The notes beneath the pieces were generated by a model. The model saw nothing but the letters and a program-made list of their open reading frames with translations, ran no database searches and was not told the origin of the DNA. DNA of 32,000 bases from Coprobacillaceae bacterium (GTDB taxonomy: Bacteria > Bacillota_I > Bacilli_A > Erysipelotrichales > Coprobacillaceae). Below, one piece after another: positions 1-8,550 of this stretch. The stretch covers positions 2,220,001 to 2,252,000 of the forward strand of contig OY780959.1 of assembly GCA_963675915.1 (NCBI GenBank). The letters run 5' to 3'. The first letter of the stretch is position 1. Each line of letters begins with the position of its first letter. Position numbers and translations under genes: made by a program.

Positions 1-386
1 TCATCAAGAGCTGCAGGCATGTCGAAGTGGAACATTGTTACCAGTGGGATAATGTCATATTTCAAACATTCATCGATTAAGTTATTGTAGTAATCGATCC
101 CTTCTTGGTTGACTCTTCCAGTACCTTCTGGTAAAAGACGAGACCAAGAGATAGAGAAACGGTAAACTTTGAATCCCATTTCGGCCATCAAAGCAACGTC
201 TTCTTTATAACGGTGATACTGATCAGCACAAACGTCCAATCCACTTGTACCTTCCGGTAATTCTTTGACGTCCTGGCAAGAAGGTCCTTTACCGTGAGTC
301 AAGCTTGCTCCTTCTACTTGGTAAGCAGATGTTGAAGCACCCCAAAGGAAATCCTTTGGAAAGGGTTTTAATTTTTTATGTAGCAT
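1..386 (-). CDS. Glycoside hydrolase family 1 (beta-glucosidase / 6-phospho-beta-glucosidase). Only the N-terminal part is present because the gene runs off the window.
   Basis: The reverse-strand translation from the ATG at 386-384 reads MLHKKLKPFPKDFLWGASTSAYQVEGA...YHRYKEDVALMAEMGFKVYRFSISWSRLLPEG...IIPLVTMFHFDMP. This contains the classic GH1 N-terminal signature (F-x-WG-x-A-x-A-x-YQ-x-EGA). An AAGGAGG RBS lies 6 nt upstream. The ORF is missing from the ORF track because it has no stop codon in the window. Confidence 0.85.
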   Translation of the reverse strand, partial: MLHKKLKPFPKDFLWGASTSAYQVEGASLTHGKGPSCQDVKELPEGTSGLDVCADQYHRYKEDVALMAEMGFKVYRFSISWSRLLPEGTGRVNQEGIDYYNNLIDECLKYDIIPLVTMFHFDMPAALD

Positions 387-455
387 TATACTTCCTCCTT
401 ATGTACAGTTCCAATTATATTACGAAAGAAGTGGTTAACGGATATTTTTTCAGTT

Positions 456-481
456 AAAGAAAAAGATGGATTTCTCCATCT
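456..481 (-). terminator. Rho-independent terminator of bcp
   Basis: The hairpin AGATGGA/TCCATCT (464-470 / 475-481, loop TTTC) starts at the bcp stop codon. On the minus strand it is followed by TTTTTCTTT. Confidence 0.6.
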
Positions 482-942
482 TAATCCAGATCTTCAAGGA
501 CTTTTTTGACGTGGTCATTGACTCTGGTTACTTTATATACTTTTTCAACTTGGCCTAGTTCGTTCAACACGTAGGTTGTTCGGACAACCCCCATATACTC
601 CTTGCCATAGTTTTTCTTAAGCTGCCATACTCCGTAAGCTTTGATTACGTCGAGATTTGGATCGCTTAAAATCTCAAAGTTGAGTTCGTTGTTGGTTGCG
701 AATTTCAAATGGGATTTGACCGAATCTTTGGAAATTCCCAGAACGACAGCATTTTTTTCATCGAAATATTCGACACGATCGCGGAAATCACAAGCTTCCT
801 TAGTACATCCCGAAGTGGAATCCTTAGGGTAAAAATATAAAATCACTTTTTGTCCCAAATAGTCAGAAAGGCTGATTTCCTTTCCGTCTTTGTTTTGCAG
901 TGTAAAATCAGGAGCACTGCTTCCTATATCTAGATATGCCAT
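481..942 (-). CDS. bcp: Thioredoxin-dependent peroxiredoxin (BCP / PrxQ type)
   Basis: The 153-aa product carries the motif FYPKDSTSGCTKEAC (CxxxxC) and has the overall AhpC/TSA fold pattern. An AGAGGTGA RBS precedes the ATG. Confidence 0.9.
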   Translation of the reverse strand: MAYLDIGSSAPDFTLQNKDGKEISLSDYLGQKVILYFYPKDSTSGCTKEACDFRDRVEYFDEKNAVVLGISKDSVKSHLKFATNNELNFEILSDPNLDVIKAYGVWQLKKNYGKEYMGVVRTTYVLNELGQVEKVYKVTRVNDHVKKVLEDLD

Positions 943-961
943 ATTATCACCTCTTTAGATA

Positions 962-970
962 ATTGTAGCA
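962..970 (-). promoter_or_regulatory. Candidate extended -10 promoter element for bcp
   Basis: The minus strand reads TGcTACAAT about 20 nt upstream of the bcp RBS. No good -35 box is present. Confidence 0.35.
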
Positions 971-1017
971 GTTTTTGAGAGATAAGGGTACTGATATGCA
1001 TTCAAGTTGAGGAAGGG

Positions 1018-2877
1018 TTACATTTGCAACATTTCCCACTCCTCCATCTGATCTTCCAGCTGGGTTTCCAGGGAATTGATCTGATCGGATATTTCATTGT
1101 ATTTTTGATAATCATCAACCACTTCATTGCTGACAAGTAACTGACCGAGTTCTTCGAGTTCCGCTTCCAGTTTCGAAATTTTGGCTTCGACCCTGCGCAA
1201 CTGGTTCTGGTTTTTGCGCAAAAGGGTTTTCTCCTGCTTGTGCTGGATATAACTGGAGTTGTCTTTGGCTTCACTGGCGCCATAGTCGGCTTTGACAGTC
1301 AGGTAATGTTCGTAATTGCCAGGGATTTCGTTGACACCTTGCGGGGTCAGTTCGATAATCTTGGTGGCCAGCTTGTTGATGAAGAAGCGGTCGTGGCTGA
1401 TAAAGATGATTGTTCCGTCATAGTCCATCAGGGCATCTTCCAAAACCTCTTTTGAAGCAATGTCAAGGTGGTTGGTCGGTTCGTCAAGAATCAGGAAGTT
1501 GGCTTTTTTAAGCAAAATCTTGGCTAAAAGAACCCGACCTTTTTCTCCTCCCGAAAGCAGGGCAATCTCCTTGAAGACATCGTCGTTTCTGAAATTGAAC
1601 AGGGCCAGGGTTGAACGGATTTCAGTATTGGTCATTTTGGGATAGGCATCGGAAATTTCGTTGAAAATCGGATTCGAGAAATTAAGCGATGTATGTTCCT
1701 GGTCATAATATGCCATTTCGACTTTGGCCCCGATTTTTATTTTACCTGAAGAAGGACGCAATTGCTGAGTAATCAGGCGCAACAGAGTGGTCTTACCGAC
1801 CCCATTGGCACCGACCAGACAGATTCGATCCTGCTTTTTGATTTCAAAATTCACATCCTTGAAAAGTGGAGTTGCAAAAGTCATTCCAAGGTTGGTGACC
1901 TTCAAAACGTCATAACCGGATTCGACTTTGGCGGTAAAATTCATCCGGATTGATTCCGGGAGCGATTCCGGCCTGTCAATCAGTTCGATTTTATCAAGCT
2001 GCTTTTCCTTCGAACGGGCCCTCTTCACCGATTTTTCGCGGTTGAACGACTTGAGGGTGTCGATCGATTTCTGGATTTTCTTGATTTCGCTTTGTTGGTT
2101 GAGATATTGGTTGAGTTCGGTGTTCCGGTTCCTTTTCTTGATCAGGGCAAACTGGGAATAGCTGCCAGGATAAGTCTTGGTTTTGCCGTTTTCCACCTCT
2201 ACTATTTTGGTTGCTATTTGATCGATAAAATAACGGTCATGGGAAACGATCAAAACCGCGTGCGGATAGTTTTTCAAAAAGTTTTCCAAATAGACTGTTG
2301 CATCGTAGTCCAAATGGTTGGTTGGTTCATCAAGAATCAGCAGCTTGGGCTGTTTGAGCAGCAATTCACCCAGGGCCAGACGAGTCTTTTGGCCACCGGA
2401 AAGAGTTTTGACTTTCAGGCTCTGGTCATCCTTGGTGAATCCCAATCCTTTAAGGACTCCCTGGATGCGGCTAGGATACTCATAGCCGTTTTGAGTGGCG
2501 AAATCATGGGTCAGACGGTCATATTCGTTCATGACTGCTTCGCTGTGATTATCGGCCATCAGGGCTTCAAGTTCGCGCATTCTGCCCTCCATTTCAATCA
2601 GGGGCGTGAATATTTCCAACGCCGTATCATAGACAGTTTTTTCCAAATCCAAGTGGTGTTGCTGTCTCAAGTAGCCGATTGTGACATCTTTCGATTTGAA
2701 AATGTTGCCATCGTCATAACCGGCTTCTCCGTTTATAATTGACAGAATAGTTGTCTTACCGGCACCATTGACACCAATAAGCGCAACTTTGTCGTTGTCG
2801 TCGATTCGAAAAGTAACATCTTTGAGCAAGGGAATCCCTTGAAAAGATTTAGTTATATTCGAGCATTCTAAGATCAT
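1018..2877 (-). CDS. ABC-F family ATPase with tandem ABC domains and no transmembrane domain (ribosome-associated type)
   Basis: The 619-aa product has two Walker A motifs (GVNGAGKTT and GANGVGKTT), two LSGG signatures (LSGGQKTR and LSGGEKGR), an inter-domain linker, and a C-terminal coiled-coil tail (KISKLEAELEELG...). No membrane segments are apparent. Confidence 0.9.
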   Translation of the reverse strand: MILECSNITKSFQGIPLLKDVTFRIDDNDKVALIGVNGAGKTTILSIINGEAGYDDGNIFKSKDVTIGYLRQQHHLDLEKTVYDTALEIFTPLIEMEGRMRELEALMADNHSEAVMNEYDRLTHDFATQNGYEYPSRIQGVLKGLGFTKDDQSLKVKTLSGGQKTRLALGELLLKQPKLLILDEPTNHLDYDATVYLENFLKNYPHAVLIVSHDRYFIDQIATKIVEVENGKTKTYPGSYSQFALIKKRNRNTELNQYLNQQSEIKKIQKSIDTLKSFNREKSVKRARSKEKQLDKIELIDRPESLPESIRMNFTAKVESGYDVLKVTNLGMTFATPLFKDVNFEIKKQDRICLVGANGVGKTTLLRLITQQLRPSSGKIKIGAKVEMAYYDQEHTSLNFSNPIFNEISDAYPKMTNTEIRSTLALFNFRNDDVFKEIALLSGGEKGRVLLAKILLKKANFLILDEPTNHLDIASKEVLEDALMDYDGTIIFISHDRFFINKLATKIIELTPQGVNEIPGNYEHYLTVKADYGASEAKDNSSYIQHKQEKTLLRKNQNQLRRVEAKISKLEAELEELGQLLVSNEVVDDYQKYNEISDQINSLETQLEDQMEEWEMLQM

Positions 2878-2938
2878 AAAATCACCTCACGTCATTTTAA
2901 CATAAATATCCGGCCAGTTGGACAAATATATCGAATTA

Positions 2939-2948
2939 TTGTATACAA
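2939..2948. promoter_or_regulatory. Perfect 10-bp palindrome TTGTATACAA (operator candidate, distal copy)
   Basis: The sequence is self-complementary. It sits immediately upstream of the -35 box of the aconitase operon promoter. It fits the generic GntR-family operator pattern GT-Nx-AC. Confidence 0.45.
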
Positions 2949-2952
2949 ATCC

Positions 2953-2981
2953 TTGAAAAAACAGGGAGAGTATAATATAAT
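2953..2981 (+). promoter_or_regulatory. Sigma-A-type promoter of the aconitase-icd-gntR operon
   Basis: The elements are -35 TTGAAA (2953-2958), a 17-nt spacer, and -10 TATAAT (2976-2981). The RBS AGGAGG lies at 2993-2998 and the ATG at 3005, which implies a very short leader. Confidence 0.55.
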
Positions 2982-2992
2982 TGTATACAATT
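2979..2992. promoter_or_regulatory. Perfect 14-bp palindrome AATTGTATACAATT (operator candidate, proximal copy)
   Basis: It contains the same TTGTATACAA core as 2939-2948, with centres 42 bp apart. It overlaps the -10 box and the predicted transcription start. Confidence 0.45.
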
Positions 2993-3004
2993 AGGAGGTA
3001 TAGT

Positions 3005-4930
3005 ATGGGATTAAATTTAGCGTACAAAATATTAAATGAAAAATTGGTTGCTGGCGAGTTGAAGCCGGGAACAGGAATCGGGATAAAAATAGATCAGACA
3101 TTGACACAGGACTCAACTGGAACAATGGCTTATCTTCAGTTGGAAGCGATGGATATCGATCACGTTGCTGTTGACAAGGCAGTGGCTTATATCGACCACA
3201 ACATGCTTCAAACCGGTTTCGAAAACATGGATGATCATGAATTCATTCGTTCAGTTGCAAAAAAACATGGTATTGTTTTTTCTCGTCCTGGAAATGGTGT
3301 GTGCCACCAGTTGCATTTGGAAAACTTCTCTAAACCGGGACAAACCCTGGTAGGATCTGATTCACATACTCCAACTTGCGGGGCAATGGGAATGATTGCC
3401 ATTGGTGCGGGAGGATTGGATGTTGCCGTTGCAATGGCGACAGGAAAATATTACCTTCAATGCCCAAGTGTATTGAACATTAAACTAGTAGGTGAAAAAG
3501 CCAAATGGGTATCTGCAAAAGACGTAATCTTGAAAGTTCTTGAAGTTCTGACTGTTAAAGGTGGAACCAACAAGATTGTTGAATATTCTGGAGAAGGGCT
3601 TAAAAACCTGACTTTGACCGATCGGGCTACTATCACTAACATGGGAGCGGAACTTGGTGCGACAACATCAATCTTCCCTACTGACGAAAATACTTTGGCT
3701 TACTTGAAACAACAAGGCCGCGAAGCAGATTATGTTGAAGTCAAAGCTGATGAAGATGCTACGTATGATGAAGTATTGGAAATCGATTTGTCTGAATTGG
3801 AACCAATGGTTGCCAAACCACACAACCCTGACAATGTAGTTCCTGCTGCTGAGCTGGAAGGAATGAAAATCAATCAGGTAGTGATTGGTTCATGTACAAA
3901 CTCATCTTACGCAGATATGATGCGTGCAGCTAAAATCTTGAAAGGGCGCAAAGTCAATAATGATGTTTCATTGGTTATCGCACCAGGTTCATCATCTATC
4001 TTGGCAATGTTGTCAGAAAGCGGAGCTTTACAAGATATGATTCATGCTGGAGCACGTATCCTTGAATGTGGTTGCGGACCATGCATCGGTATGGGACAAG
4101 CACCTTTGTCAAAAGGGGTATCTTTACGTACGATCAACCGTAATTTCAAAGGTAGATCGGGAACCAATGATGCTGAAGTTTATCTGGTATCTCCTGAGCT
4201 TGCAGCCCTTAGTGCAATCAATGGATACCTGACAACAAAATTCGAAGATGACATGTATCTTGATGTTATCGAAGATGTGAAATTCATTAAAAATCCGAAT
4301 TATTTCATTGATGAATACGATTCAACTAACGAAGTTTACATGGGACCAAACATCAAGCCGGTTCCTCGTGGGGAAAAAGCAGCTGACCAATTAGAAGGTA
4401 AAGTTGTTCTTAAAGTCGGAGATAACATCTCTACGGACCACATCGTTCCTTCAGACAGCAAACTGTTGCCATTTAGATCGAATGTACCTCATTTATCTAA
4501 ATTCTCATTCTCAAAAGTTGATCCTGATTTCTATGACCGTGCAATCAATGCTGGTGGTGGATTCATCGTCGGTGGTGACAACTACGGACAAGGATCTTCA
4601 CGTGAACATGCGGCCCTGGTACCTAACTATCTGAAAATCAGAGCGGTAATTGCGGTATCTTTCGCTAGAATTCACCGTTCAAACCTGATCAACAACGGTA
4701 TCCTGCCTTTGGTTATCGAAGAGAAAGATCAAGATTTCTTCTCACTTGACGGAGAATATAAAATCGAAAACATTTTTGCGGCAATGAATGAAACTGGTGT
4801 TGTTACAATTACCAATGTAGCTGACGGTTCAACTATTGAAGCGAAACTTGAATTGACACCACGTGAAAAAACAATGATCGAATACGGTGGTCTGTTAAAT
4901 GCAATCAAAGAAATCGGAGGGGAATTTTAA
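3005..4930 (+). CDS. Aconitate hydratase (about 640 aa, monomeric aconitase family)
   Basis: Aconitase-family motifs are present: DQTLTQDSTG, GSDSHT, IGSCTNSSY and CGPCIGMGQ (Fe-S cysteine ligands), plus a C-terminal swivel domain (GDNYGQGSSREHAA). I place the start at ATG 3005 (MGLNLAYK...), 6 nt after AGGAGG. The ORF-track start at 2981 is a TTG inside the promoter. Confidence 0.9.
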   Translation: MGLNLAYKILNEKLVAGELKPGTGIGIKIDQTLTQDSTGTMAYLQLEAMDIDHVAVDKAVAYIDHNMLQTGFENMDDHEFIRSVAKKHGIVFSRPGNGVCHQLHLENFSKPGQTLVGSDSHTPTCGAMGMIAIGAGGLDVAVAMATGKYYLQCPSVLNIKLVGEKAKWVSAKDVILKVLEVLTVKGGTNKIVEYSGEGLKNLTLTDRATITNMGAELGATTSIFPTDENTLAYLKQQGREADYVEVKADEDATYDEVLEIDLSELEPMVAKPHNPDNVVPAAELEGMKINQVVIGSCTNSSYADMMRAAKILKGRKVNNDVSLVIAPGSSSILAMLSESGALQDMIHAGARILECGCGPCIGMGQAPLSKGVSLRTINRNFKGRSGTNDAEVYLVSPELAALSAINGYLTTKFEDDMYLDVIEDVKFIKNPNYFIDEYDSTNEVYMGPNIKPVPRGEKAADQLEGKVVLKVGDNISTDHIVPSDSKLLPFRSNVPHLSKFSFSKVDPDFYDRAINAGGGFIVGGDNYGQGSSREHAALVPNYLKIRAVIAVSFARIHRSNLINNGILPLVIEEKDQDFFSLDGEYKIENIFAAMNETGVVTITNVADGSTIEAKLELTPREKTMIEYGGLLNAIKEIGGEF

Positions 4931-5922
4931 TGAAAGCAGTATTAATACCTGGAGACGGAATCGGGCGCGAAATTGCTAAAAGTGTTGAAGCAGTAAGCAC
5001 AGCGCTTAATCTGGATATCGAATGGGTTAAGTATGAAGCTGGAGCTGAATATGCCAAAGATACCAAAGAAGTGTTCGAACCTGGTTTGGTTGATGCAATC
5101 AACGAGTACAAATGGGCTTTAAAAGGTCCAACAGCTACGCCAATCGGGACTGGATTCCGTTCAGTAAATGTGGCATTGCGTCAAAAATTCGAAACATACG
5201 CAAATGTCCGTCCGGTAAAATCAATTCCGGGAACAAACTCACGCTATGATGATATCGACTTGGTAATCATCCGTGAAAACACTGAAGATTTATATAAAGG
5301 AATCGAATATAATATCGGTGATGACGTTGCGCACGGGATCAAATTGATCACTCGTCAAGCAAGTGAAAAAATCGCCAAATATGCATTCGAATATGCAAAA
5401 AGCAATGGCCGCAAAAAAGTAACTTGCGTTCATAAAGCAAATATCATGAAATTCACTGACGGACTTTTCCTGGAAGCGTTCAACAGTGTTGCCGAAAACT
5501 ATCCTGATATCGAAAGTGAATCAGTGATCGTTGATAATATGTGCATGCAATTAGTGATTCGTCCGGAAAACTTCGACGTTCTGGTTGCACCAAACCTATA
5601 CGGAGATATCGTATCGGATTTATGTGCCGGATTGATTGGTGGTTTAGGATTTGCTCCATCAGGAAATATCGGTGATGAATTCCGCATCTATGAAGCTGTT
5701 CATGGTTCGGCACCGGATATTGCCGGTCAAAACAAAGCAAATCCAAGTGCCTTGTTGTTAGCTTTCGCGCTGATGCTCGAAGACATGGGAGATAAATTGA
5801 ACGCTAAGAAATTACGTAGTGCAATTATCGAAACCGTTGGAGAAGGAAAAGTTATTACTGCCGATATCGGTGGTAAATCTTCAACAGAAGAATTTACAAA
5901 AGCAGTTATCGAAAGGTTTTAA
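4930..5922 (+). CDS. icd: Isocitrate dehydrogenase (short, 330 aa, NAD-dependent-type member of the isocitrate/isopropylmalate dehydrogenase family)
   Basis: The IIRENTEDLYKGIEY motif is IDH-like rather than the LeuB RELTGGIYFG pattern. NLYGDIVSDL is also present. The ATG overlaps the aconitase TAA (TAATG), so the two genes are translationally coupled. Confidence 0.8.
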   Translation: MKAVLIPGDGIGREIAKSVEAVSTALNLDIEWVKYEAGAEYAKDTKEVFEPGLVDAINEYKWALKGPTATPIGTGFRSVNVALRQKFETYANVRPVKSIPGTNSRYDDIDLVIIRENTEDLYKGIEYNIGDDVAHGIKLITRQASEKIAKYAFEYAKSNGRKKVTCVHKANIMKFTDGLFLEAFNSVAENYPDIESESVIVDNMCMQLVIRPENFDVLVAPNLYGDIVSDLCAGLIGGLGFAPSGNIGDEFRIYEAVHGSAPDIAGQNKANPSALLLAFALMLEDMGDKLNAKKLRSAIIETVGEGKVITADIGGKSSTEEFTKAVIERF

Positions 5923-5925
5923 GTT

Positions 5926-6600
5926 ATGAAAAAAGTCAGTTTAGAACATGCTGGACACGGATCGTTAGGTAGCAAGATATTTAACATTCTTCGTGATCGC
6001 ATCTTGAACGAAGAATACGACAAAGGGCAGAAATTGAACGAAGTGGCCTTGTCAAAGGAATTACATATTTCGCGAACACCAATCCGTGAAGCGCTGAAGC
6101 AGCTTGAACTCGAAGGGCTGGTTCGTTCCGAACCGAACAAAGGAGTATTTGTAATCGGTTTTTCACATCGTGATATCAACGACATGCTGGAAATACGTTA
6201 CGTCTTGGAAGGTCTGGCAGTGGAACTGGCAATCGACCGCATCAATGCTGTCCAACTTGATAAAATCAAGGAAGCCTATCTGGCTATGGAAGAAGCGTCG
6301 AAGATCGGAAATGAAGAGAAGTTCAACGATGCCAATATCGCATTCCATGAGTCTATTTACAAAGGAACGCAGTCGCAATATTTCGAACAGCTACTCCGAG
6401 ACATAAATTATTATATTCACGTCACATCACGTCATTCAATCAAACAACCGAACCGACTGGAATCGGCAGCTGTGGAGCATCGTGAAATTTATGAAGCAAT
6501 TCTAGCTGGCGATAAGAAAAGAGCCGTGGAAAAAGTCAAAAATCATATTCGCAAGACTCAATTCCTGGTTAAGCATTATTACGAAAACAAAGAGAATTAA
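5926..6600 (+). CDS. GntR-family transcriptional regulator, FadR subfamily (winged HTH plus FCD domain)
   Basis: The N-terminal region (LNEVALSKELHISRTPIREALKQLELEGLV) is a typical GntR winged HTH. It is followed by an all-helical, histidine-containing C-terminal domain of about 150 aa (FCD-like). This is the last gene of the acn-icd operon. Confidence 0.9.
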   Translation: MKKVSLEHAGHGSLGSKIFNILRDRILNEEYDKGQKLNEVALSKELHISRTPIREALKQLELEGLVRSEPNKGVFVIGFSHRDINDMLEIRYVLEGLAVELAIDRINAVQLDKIKEAYLAMEEASKIGNEEKFNDANIAFHESIYKGTQSQYFEQLLRDINYYIHVTSRHSIKQPNRLESAAVEHREIYEAILAGDKKRAVEKVKNHIRKTQFLVKHYYENKEN

Positions 6601-6603
6601 TGA

Positions 6604-6634
6604 AAGGCACCTGCAACAGCAGGGCCTTTTTATT
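6604..6634 (+). terminator. Rho-independent terminator of the acn-icd-gntR operon
   Basis: The hairpin AAGGC(A)CCTGC / GCAGGGCCTT (6604-6628, loop AACA, one bulged A) is followed by TTTTATT. Confidence 0.75.
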
Positions 6635-7126
6635 GGTATGCCGGGCATGGCATATATCTAGGTGGTGAAAGTCCACTGTGGGGGTGACGTCGCAACTGCC
6701 AACCACTAGCCAATATCAAGGGTGTCCATCGTGAGGTGGAATCTGAAAGAAGATGGAGGCAAAACCCTGGTCCGAGGTACACAAATCACATATCAGGCAG
6801 GTAATGGGGACGAGCGTGCTAAACAACGCGAAGTCATAAGAGGTTGCGGAATACAACTATTACATGTAAATGTGGCGGATATATGGGGTGAAAGAGATAT
6901 GACCTTATCCCGGGAGATCTTGCGAGGGAGCAATCCTAGTAACAACGAATCGCAAGAAGTCAGCAGACGTCGTAGTAGCGAAGAAGTGGCTGTAATGGCC
7001 ATGGAGTGAAGGACTGAATGAATCTATCAGTTATTAAAATTAGGCTTGATTTCATCGCGCGAAACCTCAAAGACAGACGAACACACTATCAAGGCCCGAA
7101 AGAAGAATGTAGGGGAAGTGAGCCTG

Positions 7127-8443
7127 ATGAATAGCGAAATCAATGGAGGTAACGGAAATATGAATACTGATAACACATTACTTGAAGAAATGCTTAGTGA
7201 TATCAATCTCAAAAAGGCATATACCCAAGTAAAACGAAACAAAGGCGCTAGTGGCGTTGATGGAATGAAAGTATTGGACCTCAAAGGACATCTCGATGAA
7301 CATCTTGATGAAATAAAGGAAATGATACAAAACAGGAAATACAAACCACAGCCTGTATTAAGAGTGGAAATACCTAAACTAGATGGTGGAGTTAGAAACC
7401 TAGGAGTGCCAACAGTGCTCGACAGGTTCGTTCAACAAGCCATCGCCCAGGTATTGATTCCTATCTATGAACCCTTGTTCAGCGATAACAGCTAGGGTTT
7501 TAGACCTAATAGAAATTGTGAGATGGCAATCATCAAATCATTGGAATACATGAATGATGGTTTCCAATGGATTGTTGACATTGACTTGGAGAAATTCTTT
7601 GATAACATCAACCACGATAAATTGATTACCTTAATCATGAAAGATGTCAAGAATGGTGAAATTGTATCACTGATAAGAAAATTCCTGGTAAGTGGAATAA
7701 GCATTGATGGAGAATACAAAGAGTCAATAATCGGATCAAGCCAAGGAGGGCCGTTGAGTCCATTGTTGAGTAATATCGTCCTTAACGAACTCGACAAAGA
7801 ATTGGAGGCTAGAGGGTTGCATTTTACTAGGTACGCTGATGACTGCATGATATTTGTCGGTAGCAGTAAAGCTGCAGATAGAGTTATGGAGAATGTGCGA
7901 AAGTTCATTGAAAAGAAGTTGGGGCTCAAGGTCAACATGACCAAAAGCAAAGTATCCAAACCAAATGATATCAAATACTTGGGATTTGGATTCTATTATG
8001 ACAACTTCAGCCAGTCATGGAAAGCCAAACCACATGCTAAATCAATAGCTATCTTGAAAGATAAGCTCAAAAGTCTGACAAATAGAAGTTGGTCAGTATC
8101 TTGGGAATATCGCCGAATGAAAATAAGGCAACTTATTGTCGGGTGGGTCAACTACTACCGAATCGGAAATTTCAAATCCAAATGTGCAAGGCTGGATGGC
8201 TGGATTAGATTTAGAATCCGAATGTACCTGTGGAAGAAATGGAAAACCATCAAGAACCGTAGAAAACAGTTGAGAAAACTAGGGGCCCAAAGATGGCAAT
8301 ATGAATCATGGTCAAATTCCAGGAAATCATATGCCCGCTGTGCAAGCACGTTTCTGCGAACCAAAATAACAAACAAAGTACTCAAAAGAAATGGTCTAGC
8401 ATCACTGCTAGACCAATATCAGTTAAAACATATTTTAGTATAG
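7127..8443 (+). pseudogene. Group II intron-encoded reverse transcriptase/maturase (RT plus X domains, no endonuclease domain), interrupted by one in-frame TAG
   Basis: Track ORFs 7046-7495 and 7523-8443 are in the same reading frame. The joined translation reads ...LLEEMLSDINLKKAYTQVKRNKGASGVDG...PLFSDNS*GFRPNRNCEMA...SQGGPLSPLLSNI...RYADDCMIF (YADD at 7832-7843)...GWVNYYR. The TAG at 7493-7495 sits where the family has the Tyr of S-Y-GFRP. The probable start is ATG 7127 or ATG 7160. Confidence 0.85.
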
Positions 8444-8449
8444 ATTTAA

Positions 8450-8481
8450 ACCGCCGTATGCCGGACGGCACGTACGGTGGT
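8450..8481 (+). ncRNA. Group II intron domain V (catalytic hairpin)
   Basis: ACCGCCGUAUGCCGGACGGCACGUACGGUGGU folds as a lower helix (ACCGCC/GGUGGU) carrying the CGC catalytic triad typical of IIC introns. It also has a 2-nt bulge on the 3' strand and an upper helix UGCC/GGCA with a 4-nt loop. Confidence 0.75.
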
Positions 8482-8550
8482 GTGAGAGGTCGGAAATAAA
8501 ATTTTATTTATTTCCTCCTACTCGATTCTTGTAATTATCATGGAAAGCAA

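Larger units (their letters stand above)
6636..8521 (+). mobile_element. Bacterial group II intron, class C (IIC), inserted just downstream of a terminator hairpin
   Basis: The 5' end reads GUAUGCCGGGCAUGG...GGUGAAAGUCC. A structured, non-coding stretch of about 490 nt (domains I-III) follows. An RT/maturase ORF sits in domain IV, and a canonical domain V lies at 8450-8481. A domain VI-like hairpin ends in ...CCUAC near 8521. The element has the same orientation as the upstream operon and starts 8 nt after its terminator stem, which is the hallmark IIC target. The 5' boundary is fairly firm. The 3' boundary is approximate, within about 10 nt. Confidence 0.85.

Noticed and set aside
1002-1283. 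A 93-aa minus-strand ORF overlapping the 3' end of the ABC-F gene in another frame.
   Set aside because: It is a K/R/S-rich out-of-frame reading of the coiled-coil tail region. It extends past the ABC-F stop codon without its own RBS.
2092-2742. A 216-aa plus-strand ORF, with similar long antisense ORFs at 12681-13145, 21939-22322, 22617-23045, 25639-26007, 26071-26523, 26255-26650, 28002-28394, 30368-30784 and 31306-31722.
   Set aside because: Each lies entirely inside, and antisense to, a gene with unmistakable homology (ABC-F, HD hydrolase, cca, uvrA, hprK, ppaX, glpK, trxB). None has a start context or a recognisable motif. They are shadow ORFs.
2981-3004. N-terminal extensions suggested by the ORF track. 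The track starts are 2981 for aconitase, 11931 for the HD protein, 13534 for cls, 16819 for rpoE, 17332 for gap, 23227 for uvrA and 26078 for hprK.
   Set aside because: In each case a downstream ATG sits 5-9 nt after a GGAGG-like RBS and begins exactly where family homology begins. The extensions run through promoters or the preceding gene.
6722-7009. A 95-aa plus-strand ORF, with an overlapping 69-aa minus-strand ORF, between gntR and the RT gene.
   Set aside because: It lies inside domains I-III of the group II intron ribozyme. It has no RBS and its composition is odd (R/E/G-rich). It is far better explained as structured RNA.
7493-7495. The in-frame TAG in the intron RT could mean TAG is a sense codon, through an alternative genetic code or programmed readthrough.
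   Set aside because: TAG is the natural stop codon of clearly full-length genes in the same window: dfx at 11764-11766, the S41 protease at 19929-19931 and hprK at 27023-27025. TGA also ends uvrA normally. A point mutation or a sequencing error is the simpler reading.
7027-7974. Minus-strand ORFs of 105 and 160 aa (7027-7344 and 7492-7974).
   Set aside because: They are antisense to the intron RT gene. Their translations are low-complexity and rich in S, L and F, as expected for the shadow frame of an A-rich coding sequence. No RBS is present.
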